A stretch of 64,000 nt of DNA from an uncultured Eubacteriales bacterium (lineage in GTDB: Bacteria; Bacillota; Clostridia; Oscillospirales; Oscillospiraceae), in contig ONSW01000001.1 of the NCBI GenBank assembly GCA_900320595.1, forward strand, positions 28,560 to 92,559, in the 5' to 3' direction. The position numbers were made by a program, and so were the translations under genes. Below the pieces are notes generated by a model. The model did no database searches. It saw only the letters and a list, made by a program, of their open reading frames with translations, and was not told where the DNA came from. This document shows positions 56,265-64,000 of the stretch, in pieces (the first letter of the stretch is position 1; the number at the start of each line of letters is the position of its first letter).

Positions 56265-57785
56265 GTGAAGGAGAAAAAAACAAAGGCTGCCAAAAAACCG
56301 CTTCCCGGCAAGGACCGCGAGGAAAAGAAACTGGCGATCAAGCGGAAAAAGACCCAGATCGTTCTGGCAGTCTTGCTGGTTTATCTTGTGGTCATGGTCG
56401 CGGCAGCCATTATCATCGACGACAGACATATCGAGATCACGCTCATCGGCCCGGATGTGGATATAGCCGAGGTGGGCGAGACATACGTCGATCTCGGTGC
56501 GCAGGCCTTTTTAACGGGGAATTTGTTCGGGAAGAGCGTTAATCCGGTCGAAATCAAGACGGAAAGCGGCGTGGATGTCGACGAGATCGGCGATTATACG
56601 GTGAAATATACGGCTGAGGCCTTTGGGAAAACGGCGGTGAGCTATCGCCAGGTCCTCGTACGGGATACAACTCCTCCCGTCATCACGCTCAACCATGAGG
56701 AAGGGTATCTTGCAAGCTGGCTTGTCGGCTATTCGGAGGAAGGCTTTACCGCGATCGACAATTACGACGGCGATCTGACGGACAAGGTTGTGCGCACCGA
56801 GGTCGAGGATACCGTCTATTATTCCGTAAAGGACTCCTCCGGAAACGAGACCGCCGTAGAGCGCAAAATCGAATACGGCGTATCTGAGCCTATGATCAGA
56901 CTTGAAGGCGGGGAAGAGATCAACGTCGGCGCTGCCTTTACCTTTACCGATCCCGGATACGAGGCCATCGACGAGAGCGGGAATGATCTGACGGCCTATG
57001 TCAAGGTCACGGGGGAGGTCATCCCCTATGAGTTGGGAACGTATACGCTCGACTATTATATCATGAACGAGCAGGGCGAGACGGCGACGGCGCGGCGTAT
57101 CGTCAACGTTGTCCCGCAGGCGAAGGTCGAGACCGTGATGCCCGAGAGGAAAACGATTTATCTGACCTTTGACGACGGCCCGGGCCCCTATACGGCGCAG
57201 CTCCTTGATGTTCTTGCACGCTACGGCGCGAAGGCGACCTTTTTCGTGACAGGCAACGGACAGAATTATGACAGGGACTATACCGATATGATCGGCCGCG
57301 CCTTCCGCGAGGGACATGCGATCGGCGTTCACACGCTGACGCATGACTATGCCGCGGTCTATGCCAGCCGTGACGCTTTCTTCAATGATTTCAACGCCAT
57401 GGAGGACATCATCTTCGAGCAGACCGGACAGTATACCAAGCTGTTCCGCTTCCCCGGCGGCAGCAGCAACACGATCAGCCGGAACTACTGCTATGGCATT
57501 ATGTCCAGTCTTGCCAACTATATGACGAATATGGGCTATGTGTATTTTGACTGGAACGTGGACAGCGGCGACGCGCTCGGCGGTGCGCGCAGCAGCTACA
57601 CCGTGGCCAACAATGTCGCGGAGGGCTGCCTGGAAAACACGGTCAACGTCGTGCTGCAGCATGATACCAAGGACTTCAGCGTGGCCGCGGTCGAATCTAT
57701 CCTGAGGTGGGGTACCAACAACGGTTATGTGTTCGAAGCTTTGGATGAAAGCAGCTACGGAGCGCATCACGGCATAAACAATTAA
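56265..57785 (+). CDS. membrane-anchored polysaccharide deacetylase (Ig-like domains + NodB domain)
   Basis: GTG 56265 (AGAGGA upstream). Lys-rich N-terminus and TM helix. Two Ig-like modules. NodB motifs TFDDGPGPYT and HTLTHD. Confidence 0.8.
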   Translation: MKEKKTKAAKKPLPGKDREEKKLAIKRKKTQIVLAVLLVYLVVMVAAAIIIDDRHIEITLIGPDVDIAEVGETYVDLGAQAFLTGNLFGKSVNPVEIKTESGVDVDEIGDYTVKYTAEAFGKTAVSYRQVLVRDTTPPVITLNHEEGYLASWLVGYSEEGFTAIDNYDGDLTDKVVRTEVEDTVYYSVKDSSGNETAVERKIEYGVSEPMIRLEGGEEINVGAAFTFTDPGYEAIDESGNDLTAYVKVTGEVIPYELGTYTLDYYIMNEQGETATARRIVNVVPQAKVETVMPERKTIYLTFDDGPGPYTAQLLDVLARYGAKATFFVTGNGQNYDRDYTDMIGRAFREGHAIGVHTLTHDYAAVYASRDAFFNDFNAMEDIIFEQTGQYTKLFRFPGGSSNTISRNYCYGIMSSLANYMTNMGYVYFDWNVDSGDALGGARSSYTVANNVAEGCLENTVNVVLQHDTKDFSVAAVESILRWGTNNGYVFEALDESSYGAHHGINN

Positions 57786-57801
57786 CTTTTTGCATTGACA
57801 G

Positions 57802-57843
57802 AAAAGCGGCGCGGGATTTATAGTAATCCTGCGCCGCTTTTTT
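57802..57843 (+). terminator. intrinsic terminator
   Basis: AGCGGCGCGGGATT...AATCCTGCGCCGCT followed by T6. Confidence 0.8.
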
Positions 57844-57902
57844 CAAACGCCGCGGCCTGAGCGCAGAGAAATAAAGGCAGAAGTGAAAAAGGAGAAAACG
57901 AC

Positions 57903-58667
57903 ATGATCCTTGCCATTGACGTGGGAAATACCAATATCGTGATCGGTACGATCGACAACGGAGAGATCGGCAGCATCGTGCGCATCCACACCGATACGCG
58001 CGAGACCGAAGCGGAATATATGATCAAGCTCAAGGAGATCTTTTATTCCTATGCTATGGACGTGTCGGCCTGTGAGGGCGTGATCCTTTCTTCGGTCGTT
58101 CCGCCTGTGACCGAGGCGCTTGTGCGCGCGATCAAAACGCTGACGGGACACGATTGCATGGTCGTGGGACCAGGTATGAAGACCGGCATGAACATCCGCG
58201 TCGACGACCCCGGGACCGTGGCGGGCGATCTGATCACCGGCGGCGTTGCCGCCATGCAGTTCTACGGCAAGCCCGTCATCGTGCTGGATCTTGGCACGGC
58301 GACCACGGCCACCGTCGTCGACGGCGGCGGCAATTTCCGCGGCGGCGCAATCCTGCCGGGTATCAAGCTCTCCTACGGCGCGCTCGCGGCCGGAACGAGC
58401 CTGCTGCCGGAGATCTCGATCACGGCGCCGAAAAAATGCATCGGCACGAACACGGTCGACTGCATGCGCTCGGGCGCGGTGTTCGGCACGGCGGCCATGA
58501 TCGACGGACTGATCGATCGGATGGAGCAGGAGCTTGGCGAGAAGTGCAAGGTCGTGGCAACGGGCGGGCTGGCCGGCAGCATCGTTTCCTGCTGCATGCA
58601 CGAGATCGTCTGCGACGACGATCTGCTGCTCAAAGGGCTATGGTATCTCTACGAGAAAAACAAATAA
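57903..58667 (+). CDS. coaX: type III pantothenate kinase
   Basis: MILAIDVGNTNIVIG, LDLGTATT and GGLAG are ASKHA/CoaX motifs. Confidence 0.9.
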   Translation: MILAIDVGNTNIVIGTIDNGEIGSIVRIHTDTRETEAEYMIKLKEIFYSYAMDVSACEGVILSSVVPPVTEALVRAIKTLTGHDCMVVGPGMKTGMNIRVDDPGTVAGDLITGGVAAMQFYGKPVIVLDLGTATTATVVDGGGNFRGGAILPGIKLSYGALAAGTSLLPEISITAPKKCIGTNTVDCMRSGAVFGTAAMIDGLIDRMEQELGEKCKVVATGGLAGSIVSCCMHEIVCDDDLLLKGLWYLYEKNK

Positions 58668-58718
58668 AATAACGCCTGAGCCGTTTTCAGCTCAGGCGCT
58701 TGTTTGAAAAAGGAGTTC

Positions 58719-59390
58719 TCAGAGCTCGTTCCACTCGCGGATCTGGGTACGCAGCCAGTCGGCCCATTCGTCGATCCCCTCGCCCGTACGGGCAGAGATG
58801 GGGATGATCTTCATATTGGGGTTGAGCCGGCGGACGTATTTCTTGCAGGCCTCGAGATCGAAGTCAAAGTAGGGGAGAACGTCGATCTTGTTGATCAGCA
58901 GCACGTCGCAGATCGAGAACATCAAAGGGTACTTCAGCGGTTTGTCGTCGCCCTCGGGAACGGAGAGGATCATCGCGTTTTTCGACGAACCCGTGTCAAA
59001 TTCCGCCGGGCATACAAGATTGCCGATGTTTTCGAGGATCGCAAAATCGACGTCGTCAACGCCAAGACCCTCAAGACCCTGGCGGGTCATGCCGGCGTCG
59101 AGATGACACATGCCGCCGGTGTGAAGCTGGATGACCTTGGCACCTGTCTTTTCGATCGTGGCGGCGTCGACGTCGGAATCGATGTCGGCTTCCATGACGC
59201 CGATCCTGAATTCATCCTTCAGCGCGGCGATCGTGCGGCGGAGCGTGGTGGTCTTGCCACTGCCGGGGGAACTCATCAGGTTAAGAAGAAAGACCTTGTC
59301 CTTCTTCAAATCGCTGCGGAGCTGGTCGGCCGCGCGGTCGTTGCTTTCGAAAACGCTCTGCTTGATCTCAAGCACTCTGTAACCTTCCAT
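58719..59390 (-). CDS. hypB: hydrogenase nickel-incorporation GTPase HypB (G3E family)
   Basis: Start trimmed to MEGYRVLEIKQ (ATG 59390, GGAGG RBS). P-loop SSPGSGKTT. Metal and switch motifs GGMCHLDA, ENIGNLVCPAEFD and NKID. Confidence 0.85.
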   Translation of the reverse strand: MEGYRVLEIKQSVFESNDRAADQLRSDLKKDKVFLLNLMSSPGSGKTTTLRRTIAALKDEFRIGVMEADIDSDVDAATIEKTGAKVIQLHTGGMCHLDAGMTRQGLEGLGVDDVDFAILENIGNLVCPAEFDTGSSKNAMILSVPEGDDKPLKYPLMFSICDVLLINKIDVLPYFDFDLEACKKYVRRLNPNMKIIPISARTGEGIDEWADWLRTQIREWNEL

Positions 59391-59471
59391 GGTATTCCTC
59401 CATACGAGCATCTGCGCGAGAGGCGCAGTTATTTTCAAATGAAACTTTACCACGTTTGCCCCGGTATTTCA

Positions 59472-60173
59472 ATGCCTAAGTTTTCGGGCGAAACGGGAGA
59501 AAAAGAGGCTGATGTGAAATACAAAGCGATCCTTTTTGACATGGACGGAACCGTCCTTGATACCCTGCGCGATCTCAACGCGGCGGTCAATTGCTGCATG
59601 GAGCATTTCGGCTGTCCGCTCCAAACGATCGACGAGACAAGGCGGCGCGTCGGAAACGGCTCGCGGCGGCTTATAGAACTGTCCGTGCCGGACGGAACGA
59701 GCGAGGAAAAAATCGGGGAAATGCTCGCGTGGTATCTGCCTTATTATAACGACCACGCGAACGACACGACCGCACCCTATCCCGGCATCCCGGCATTGAT
59801 GGAGAGGCTGCGCGATAAGGGCTGCGCGCTTGCGATCGTCTCCAACAAGCCGGACCGGACAGTAAAGGAGCTTGCCGCGATCCATTTCCCCGGCCTGCTG
59901 GAAACAGCGGTCGGTGAAAACGAGGCGGCGGGCATCCGCCGCAAGCCCTGGCCGGATACGCTGCTTGCCGCGGCAAAGGAACTCGGTGTCCCGACGGAGA
60001 AATGCCTGTATGTCGGGGATTCGGAGGTCGACGTCCTGACGGCGGCGCGCGCCGGGATGGACTGCGCGTCTGTACTGTGGGGATTTCGCAGCCGGGAGGA
60101 GATCGCGGCTGCAGGCGGAACTCTGTTTATAAATGATCCCGGAGAACTGCTGGACTATATTGTGACAGAATAA
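59472..60173 (+). CDS. HAD-IA family hydrolase (phosphoglycolate-phosphatase-like)
   Basis: DMDGT motif (AILFDMDGTVLDT), SNKP, and GDSEVD. Start is ATG 59472 or GTG 59514 (AGAGG RBS). The 489-aa track ORF is mostly antisense to hypB. Confidence 0.8.
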   Translation: MPKFSGETGEKEADVKYKAILFDMDGTVLDTLRDLNAAVNCCMEHFGCPLQTIDETRRRVGNGSRRLIELSVPDGTSEEKIGEMLAWYLPYYNDHANDTTAPYPGIPALMERLRDKGCALAIVSNKPDRTVKELAAIHFPGLLETAVGENEAAGIRRKPWPDTLLAAAKELGVPTEKCLYVGDSEVDVLTAARAGMDCASVLWGFRSREEIAAAGGTLFINDPGELLDYIVTE

Positions 60174-60176
60174 AAA

Positions 60177-60219
60177 GCAACCGGAGAGCGAAAAGACCGC
60201 TTTCCGGCTGCTGTTTTTT
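60177..60219. terminator. bidirectional intrinsic terminator
   Basis: GCAACCGGAGAGCG...CGCTTTCCGGCTGC with A5 upstream and GTTTTTT downstream. Confidence 0.7.
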
Positions 60220-60922
60220 ATAAAGGCTGCTTTTTGATCTGCGCCCAGCGGCGCGGATATTTCGGCGGTGTAACAGAGGTCTTTCGGATGCAGATCACGC
60301 TGTGGACAATGTCGGTGCCAGGAATGGCATAATCCTTTTCGGCCTCGACCGTGCCGCCGAGAAGTGAGATCGAACGACCGGCCTCTTTCAGCTCATCGGC
60401 GTGGTCGCGGCTTTTCATGGCAAGAAACAGGCCGCCCTTTTTCACATACGGAAGACACAGCTCGCAGAGGAGATCCAGACGGGCGACAGCGCGCGAAACG
60501 GCGATGTCGAAGGCCTCGCGATAACCGGCGGGGATCTCTTCGGCGCGGGCATGGATGCAGGCGACGTCGTCAAAGCCGAGAGCGGAGCAGGTTTCGCGCA
60601 AAAAACCGATGCGCTTGTCGAGACTGTCGAGCAATACAACGGGGAGCTCAGGGCGCACGACCTTCAGCACCAGACCGGGAAAGCCCGCGCCGGTGCCGAC
60701 GTCGATCACACGCTTGCCATCAAACGAAGTGAGCGAGAGAAGCGCCGCGCTGTCGAGAAAGTGCAGACGCGCGATCTCATCCTCCTCCGTTATGGCGGTG
60801 AGATTCATGACCTTGTTCGTTTCAACAAGCATCCCGGCATAGAGCCGATAGCGCTCGAGCATGCGCGCATCAAGCGGCAGACCAAGCTCGTCAAAGCCGG
60901 CTTGAAGGATCTCTTCCAACAT
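60218..60922 (-). CDS. rsmG: 16S rRNA (guanine527-N7)-methyltransferase
   Basis: ATG 60922 overlaps the upstream stop (TGATG). SAM motif IDVGTGAGFPGLVLK. GidB-type length. Confidence 0.9.
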   Translation of the reverse strand: MLEEILQAGFDELGLPLDARMLERYRLYAGMLVETNKVMNLTAITEEDEIARLHFLDSAALLSLTSFDGKRVIDVGTGAGFPGLVLKVVRPELPVVLLDSLDKRIGFLRETCSALGFDDVACIHARAEEIPAGYREAFDIAVSRAVARLDLLCELCLPYVKKGGLFLAMKSRDHADELKEAGRSISLLGGTVEAEKDYAIPGTDIVHSVICIRKTSVTPPKYPRRWAQIKKQPL

Positions 60923-61182
60923 CACGCTTCCGATCCCTGCTGCAGAGAGAGCTTGAGCGCCTGGGCAAGCTGGTCGGGGCAGGAAGTGGACTTGCGTCCG
61001 CAGCGAACGCCCTCGAGACGGCGGATGACGTCTTCAACCTCCATGCCCTCGACAAGACGGGAAATGCCCTTGAGGTTTCCGTCGCAGCCGCCCATGACCT
61101 GAAAGCCGGCGATACGGCCGTCTTCGATCTCGATCTCCATCAGCTGAGAGCAGACGCCCTTCGGCCGGTATGTGAATTTCAT
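60922..61182 (-). CDS. TSCPD domain protein
   Basis: 86 aa ending ...CGRKSTSCPDQLAQAL. AGGAG RBS. Confidence 0.8.
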   Translation of the reverse strand: MKFTYRPKGVCSQLMEIEIEDGRIAGFQVMGGCDGNLKGISRLVEGMEVEDVIRRLEGVRCGRKSTSCPDQLAQALKLSLQQGSEA

Positions 61183-61315
61183 AGCTTTTCTCCTTTATCT
61201 TTTTTTTCACATGATAGCACTCTTTTTCCGCCCCCGTCAAGTGAAGCCGTGTGCGCAGGGCGCATATGGCCGGGTGAGGCGTGCATACGATGAGATGAAA
61301 GGCGGGGAGAAGGAT

Positions 61316-62323
61316 ATGGGCGAGGGAAAAAAGCTGGCGCTGCTTGGGCTTTGCGCCGTGTGCGTGTACATACTTTCCGGCGGGATAATGAAGCAGGAGG
61401 AGCAGCCGTATCCCTCTCTGGCGGAGACAGCCGTGACACAGAGCGCGGAGAAAAGCCTGACTCAAAAAAACGAGAGCGGGGAAGGCGCGGGCGGCGCGGA
61501 GACGATCGATGCGCCGGCTTCAACTACGCGTGAATGGGCGGAGGCGATGTTTGTCCCGTCACAGGCGGAAGAAGCGGTCGGCATGACAATCGGCAGCGAT
61601 GCGCTGATCAAAAACGAAACCGATTATCCGATCGATGCAGCGGCAATGGTGCAAAAAGGAACAAGCATACGGCTTGATGCCGGGCAGCCGCAGATCCTGA
61701 TCATTCATACGCACTCGTCCGAGGCCTATACGCCGGCGGGGCTCGACCGGTATGACGCGAGCGACCACGCCAGGACAGAGGACAGCGAGCATAACATCAT
61801 CCGCGTCGGGGACGAACTTGCCAAACTGTTCGAGGCCAACGGCCTGTCGGTGATCCACGACCGGGGCGTTTATGATTATCCGAGCTATACGGGCTCATAT
61901 GCGCGCTCGGGAGCGGCGGTCGAGCAGTATTTGAAAGAATATCCGAGCATAGGCGTCGTATTGGACGTCCACCGGGACGCGCTCGGGACGGATGACGTTA
62001 TATACAAAACCGTTGCCGAGGAAGCGGGCTCGTGCGCAAGCCAGGTGATGCTGCTGTCCGGAACGGATGAGAGCGGGCTTGAGCACCCGAATTGGCGAGA
62101 GAATCTTTCGCTCGCGCTGTACCTGCAGGACGCCGTGCTGCGCACGCATCCGACGCTGATGCGGCCTGTCGACGTCGTTCCGCAGCGGTACAATCAGCAG
62201 CTTTGCAGCGGGATGCTGATCGTGGAGGTCGGCAGCAGCGGAAACACGATGCAGGAGGCTCTGGCGGCGATCCGTCTGTTTGCCGAGGCGGCCGCTCCGG
62301 CACTTCTGCAGTTGGTCGAATGA
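61316..62323 (+). CDS. spoIIP: stage II sporulation protein P
   Basis: Start trimmed to MGEGKKLALLGLCAVCVYIL (ATG 61316, GGGGAGAAGG RBS). QILIIHTHSSEAYTP and LDVHRDA are SpoIIP amidase motifs. Confidence 0.8.
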   Translation: MGEGKKLALLGLCAVCVYILSGGIMKQEEQPYPSLAETAVTQSAEKSLTQKNESGEGAGGAETIDAPASTTREWAEAMFVPSQAEEAVGMTIGSDALIKNETDYPIDAAAMVQKGTSIRLDAGQPQILIIHTHSSEAYTPAGLDRYDASDHARTEDSEHNIIRVGDELAKLFEANGLSVIHDRGVYDYPSYTGSYARSGAAVEQYLKEYPSIGVVLDVHRDALGTDDVIYKTVAEEAGSCASQVMLLSGTDESGLEHPNWRENLSLALYLQDAVLRTHPTLMRPVDVVPQRYNQQLCSGMLIVEVGSSGNTMQEALAAIRLFAEAAAPALLQLVE

Positions 62324-62347
62324 GGCCCCATTTCAAAGATTATTAAC

Positions 62348-62376
62348 TTTACAAAAAGCCCGCCTCATGGTATATT
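62348..62376 (+). promoter_or_regulatory. sigma-A-type promoter of the rubrerythrin operon
   Basis: TTTACA, 17-nt spacer, TATATT. Confidence 0.5.
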
Positions 62377-62427
62377 GAGGCCACAAGCAAAACACCATTT
62401 TTAACTTAACAAAGGAGAGAATTACTT

Positions 62428-62997
62428 ATGAAAAAATGGGTCTGCCCGGTTTGCGGTTATGTTCATGAAGGCGACACGCCTCCCGAGTTCTGCCCCCAGT
62501 GCAAGGTCCCCGGTTCCCGCTTTACTGAAATGAAGGGTGAACTGACCTGGGCCGCCGAACACGTCGTCGGCGTTGGCAAGACCTTTGGCGCCGAGGTGCC
62601 TGAGGATGTCCAGCAGCATATCATTGACGAGCTGCGCTCCAACTTTAACGGCGAATGCAGCGAGGTCGGCATGTATCTGGCCATGTCCCGCGTCGCCCAC
62701 CGCGAGGGTTATCCCGAGATCGGCCTGTATTGGGAAAAGGCCGCTTTTGAAGAAGCCGAGCACGCCGCCAAGTTTGCCGAACTCCTCGGCGAGGTCGTGA
62801 CCGACAGCACCAAGAAGAATCTCGAGATGCGCGTCGACGCCGAAAACGGCGCCACCGCCGGCAAGTTCGAGCTTGCCAAGCTCGCCAAGAAGTACAACCT
62901 CGACGCAATTCACGACACCGTGCACGAAATGGCCCGCGACGAGGCCCGTCACGGCAAGGCCTTCAAGGGCCTGCTGGAGCGTTACTTCGGCAAATAA
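62428..62997 (+). CDS. reverse rubrerythrin (N-terminal rubredoxin-like + ferritin-like diiron domain)
   Basis: CPVCG...CPQC at the N-terminus. Diiron ExxH motifs EEAEHAAKF and DEARHGKAF. Confidence 0.9.
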   Translation: MKKWVCPVCGYVHEGDTPPEFCPQCKVPGSRFTEMKGELTWAAEHVVGVGKTFGAEVPEDVQQHIIDELRSNFNGECSEVGMYLAMSRVAHREGYPEIGLYWEKAAFEEAEHAAKFAELLGEVVTDSTKKNLEMRVDAENGATAGKFELAKLAKKYNLDAIHDTVHEMARDEARHGKAFKGLLERYFGK

Positions 62998-63000
62998 CGA

Positions 63001-63426
63001 ATGGAATACAGACGCTTTGGCGATACTGTCGTCGCGCGGATCGATCGCGGGGAGGAGATCCTTTCCAAACTGAAAAAGATCGCTCTTGCCGAGAACATCT
63101 CTCTGGCTGAGATCAGCGCGCTCGGCGCGGTGGGTGATTTTACCGTCGGTGTATATCACACCGCGCAGAAGGAATACTGCTCGAACCGGTTCACAGGCGA
63201 CTGGGAGATCGTGTCTCTTACCGGCAGCATCACGCAGATGAAGGGCGAGTATTACGCCCACATCCACATGAGCGCCGGCGGAGCAGACGGAGCGGTCGTC
63301 GGCGGACACCTCAACGCTGCGGTCGTCAGTGCGACCTGCGAGATGTTCATCCATGTAATCAATGGCAGAGTCGAACGGCTGTATGACGAAAAAACCGGCT
63401 TGAATCTTTTTTCTTTTGTTTCTTAG
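63001..63426 (+). CDS. DUF296 / PPC domain protein
   Basis: ISALGAVGDFTVGVY...SLTGSI....YAHIHMSAGGADGAVVGGHL matches the PPC (DUF296) pattern. It starts 3 nt after the rubrerythrin stop. Confidence 0.8.
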   Translation: MEYRRFGDTVVARIDRGEEILSKLKKIALAENISLAEISALGAVGDFTVGVYHTAQKEYCSNRFTGDWEIVSLTGSITQMKGEYYAHIHMSAGGADGAVVGGHLNAAVVSATCEMFIHVINGRVERLYDEKTGLNLFSFVS

Positions 63427-63451
63427 TCAGTAAAGAAGGAGGAAAATACAA

Positions 63452-63586
63452 ATGAAGTATGTTTGCAATCTGTGCGGCTGGGTCTATGACGAAGAGGAGC
63501 AGGGCGTGAAATGGGAAGACCTTCCCGAAGATTTTGCCTGTGAGCTCTGCGGCGCCGGCAAGGACGATTTCAGCCCCGAGGAATGA
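63452..63586 (+). CDS. rubredoxin (short, 44 aa; below the ORF-track size cut-off)
   Basis: [44 protein letters not shown]. Two CxxCG knuckles. AAGGAGG lies 8 nt upstream. Confidence 0.85.
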   Translation: MKYVCNLCGWVYDEEEQGVKWEDLPEDFACELCGAGKDDFSPEE

Positions 63587-63601
63587 TTCACAGAAAAGGA
63601 A

Positions 63602-63635
63602 AAGGACCGGAAGCATCCGCTTCCGGTCCTTTTTT
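63602..63635 (+). terminator. intrinsic terminator of the rubrerythrin operon
   Basis: 13-bp stem AAGGACCGGAAGC atcc GCTTCCGGTCCTT followed by TTTT. Confidence 0.85.
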
Positions 63636-63731
63636 CGCAAAAAAGCGGAAATTCTTACAGAAAATGAAAAATACAGTAAAATAAAAAATGCATAGATTAA
63701 TTGGTTTTCTTGTGTTATAATGATAAACAGG

Positions 63732-63756
63732 ATTATGACAACAAAATTATGACAAC
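63732..63756 (+). repeat. tandem direct repeat ATTATGACAAC x2 (14-bp period) just downstream of a TATAAT box
   Basis: 63732-63742 and 63746-63756 are identical. TATAAT lies at 63716-63721. Confidence 0.6.
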
Positions 63757-63807
63757 TTACACTGGCTTTCATTCTTTGCGCAAGAATCGGAAAGGCGGGA
63801 AAGAAAA

Positions 63808-64000
63808 ATGGAAAAAGAAACGAAAAAACAGCGTGGATTCTACGTCGAAAAAGGAAGCTTTTTCGTTCATGCGGCGGTCATTCTGCTTGCGCTCGCAATG
63901 GCGGCGCGGCTGCTCGGCACGATGAATCTGTGGTCAGATGCCTTTAAGTTTGCAACGCTGATCGCTCTTCCCGTTATCAGCGCGCTGCTGTACATCCTGT
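63808..64000 (+). CDS. membrane protein, N-terminal fragment (runs off the 3' edge)
   Basis: ATG 63808 follows AAGGCGGGAAAG and reads MEKETKKQRGFYVEKGSFFVHAAVILLALAMAARLLG... The frame is open to the window end and differs from track ORF 63701..63925. Confidence 0.5.
   Translation, partial: MEKETKKQRGFYVEKGSFFVHAAVILLALAMAARLLGTMNLWSDAFKFATLIALPVISALLYIL

Noticed and set aside
56511-57770. 419-aa ORF on the - strand (also 43898-45100 +, 62422-63354 -, 53-754 +, 21368-22147 -)
   Set aside because: All are fully overlapped on the opposite strand by genes with clear family motifs. All have shadow-ORF composition and no RBS.
58704-59471. N-terminal 256 codons of the 489-aa track ORF 58704..60173
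   Set aside because: This part is antisense to hypB. Only the C-terminal ~220 codons (from ATG 59472 or GTG 59514) carry HAD motifs and have an RBS.

Overview
By eye this is a GC-rich, densely coding chromosomal segment from an anaerobic, spore-forming Firmicute. spoIIE, spoIIP, a BofC-like gene, a reverse rubrerythrin with rubredoxin and a Na+-pumping decarboxylase point to Clostridia, probably Oscillospiraceae/Ruminococcaceae-like; that taxonomy is inference only. I support about 67 protein genes, including one 44-aa rubredoxin and two edge-truncated genes missing from the ORF track. I also call a set of clear intrinsic terminators, several near-consensus sigma-A-type promoters and operator-like palindromes. 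I see no rRNA, tRNA, CRISPR array, transposase, integrase, phage gene or recognisable defence island, so this looks like core genome rather than an accessory region. Recognisable blocks in order: a folate operon (folD-folC-cyclodeaminase plus two ECF S-components); ilvA-ridA; a VOC/MBL pair; rsmI; a MarR regulator divergent from a hydrolase-membrane fusion; a DUF2975/HTH/DUF4153 module; a Cd/Zn P-type ATPase with split HMA domain and CadC-like repressor; gltS; yceD-rpmF; der and a degenerate plsY-like gene; spoIIE; a same-strand string ahcY-mgtE-AEC-DUF1643-nitrilase-NUDIX; a four-subunit oxaloacetate-type Na+ decarboxylase; an SH3b/NlpC-P60 hydrolase; PBP1A; gdhA; galM; hpf; nadE; glyQS; coaX; an orphan hypB; rsmG; spoIIP; and rubrerythrin-DUF296-rubredoxin. 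The best candidates for something undescribed are listed below. (1) A roughly 200-nt structured RNA with its own terminator lies in the gene-free gap at 49003-49236, and I cannot assign it to a family by eye. (2) DUF1643, a CN-hydrolase and a NUDIX gene are joined by ATGA overlaps. (3) A MarR regulator pairs with a secreted serine hydrolase fused to a polytopic membrane domain. (4) The DUF2975/HTH/DUF4153 module has no known function. (5) A DUF296 gene sits inside a rubrerythrin-rubredoxin operon. None of these is proven, and all family assignments come from motif recognition by eye without any database search. Many long ORFs in the track are antisense shadow ORFs typical of GC-rich DNA, and I rejected them.
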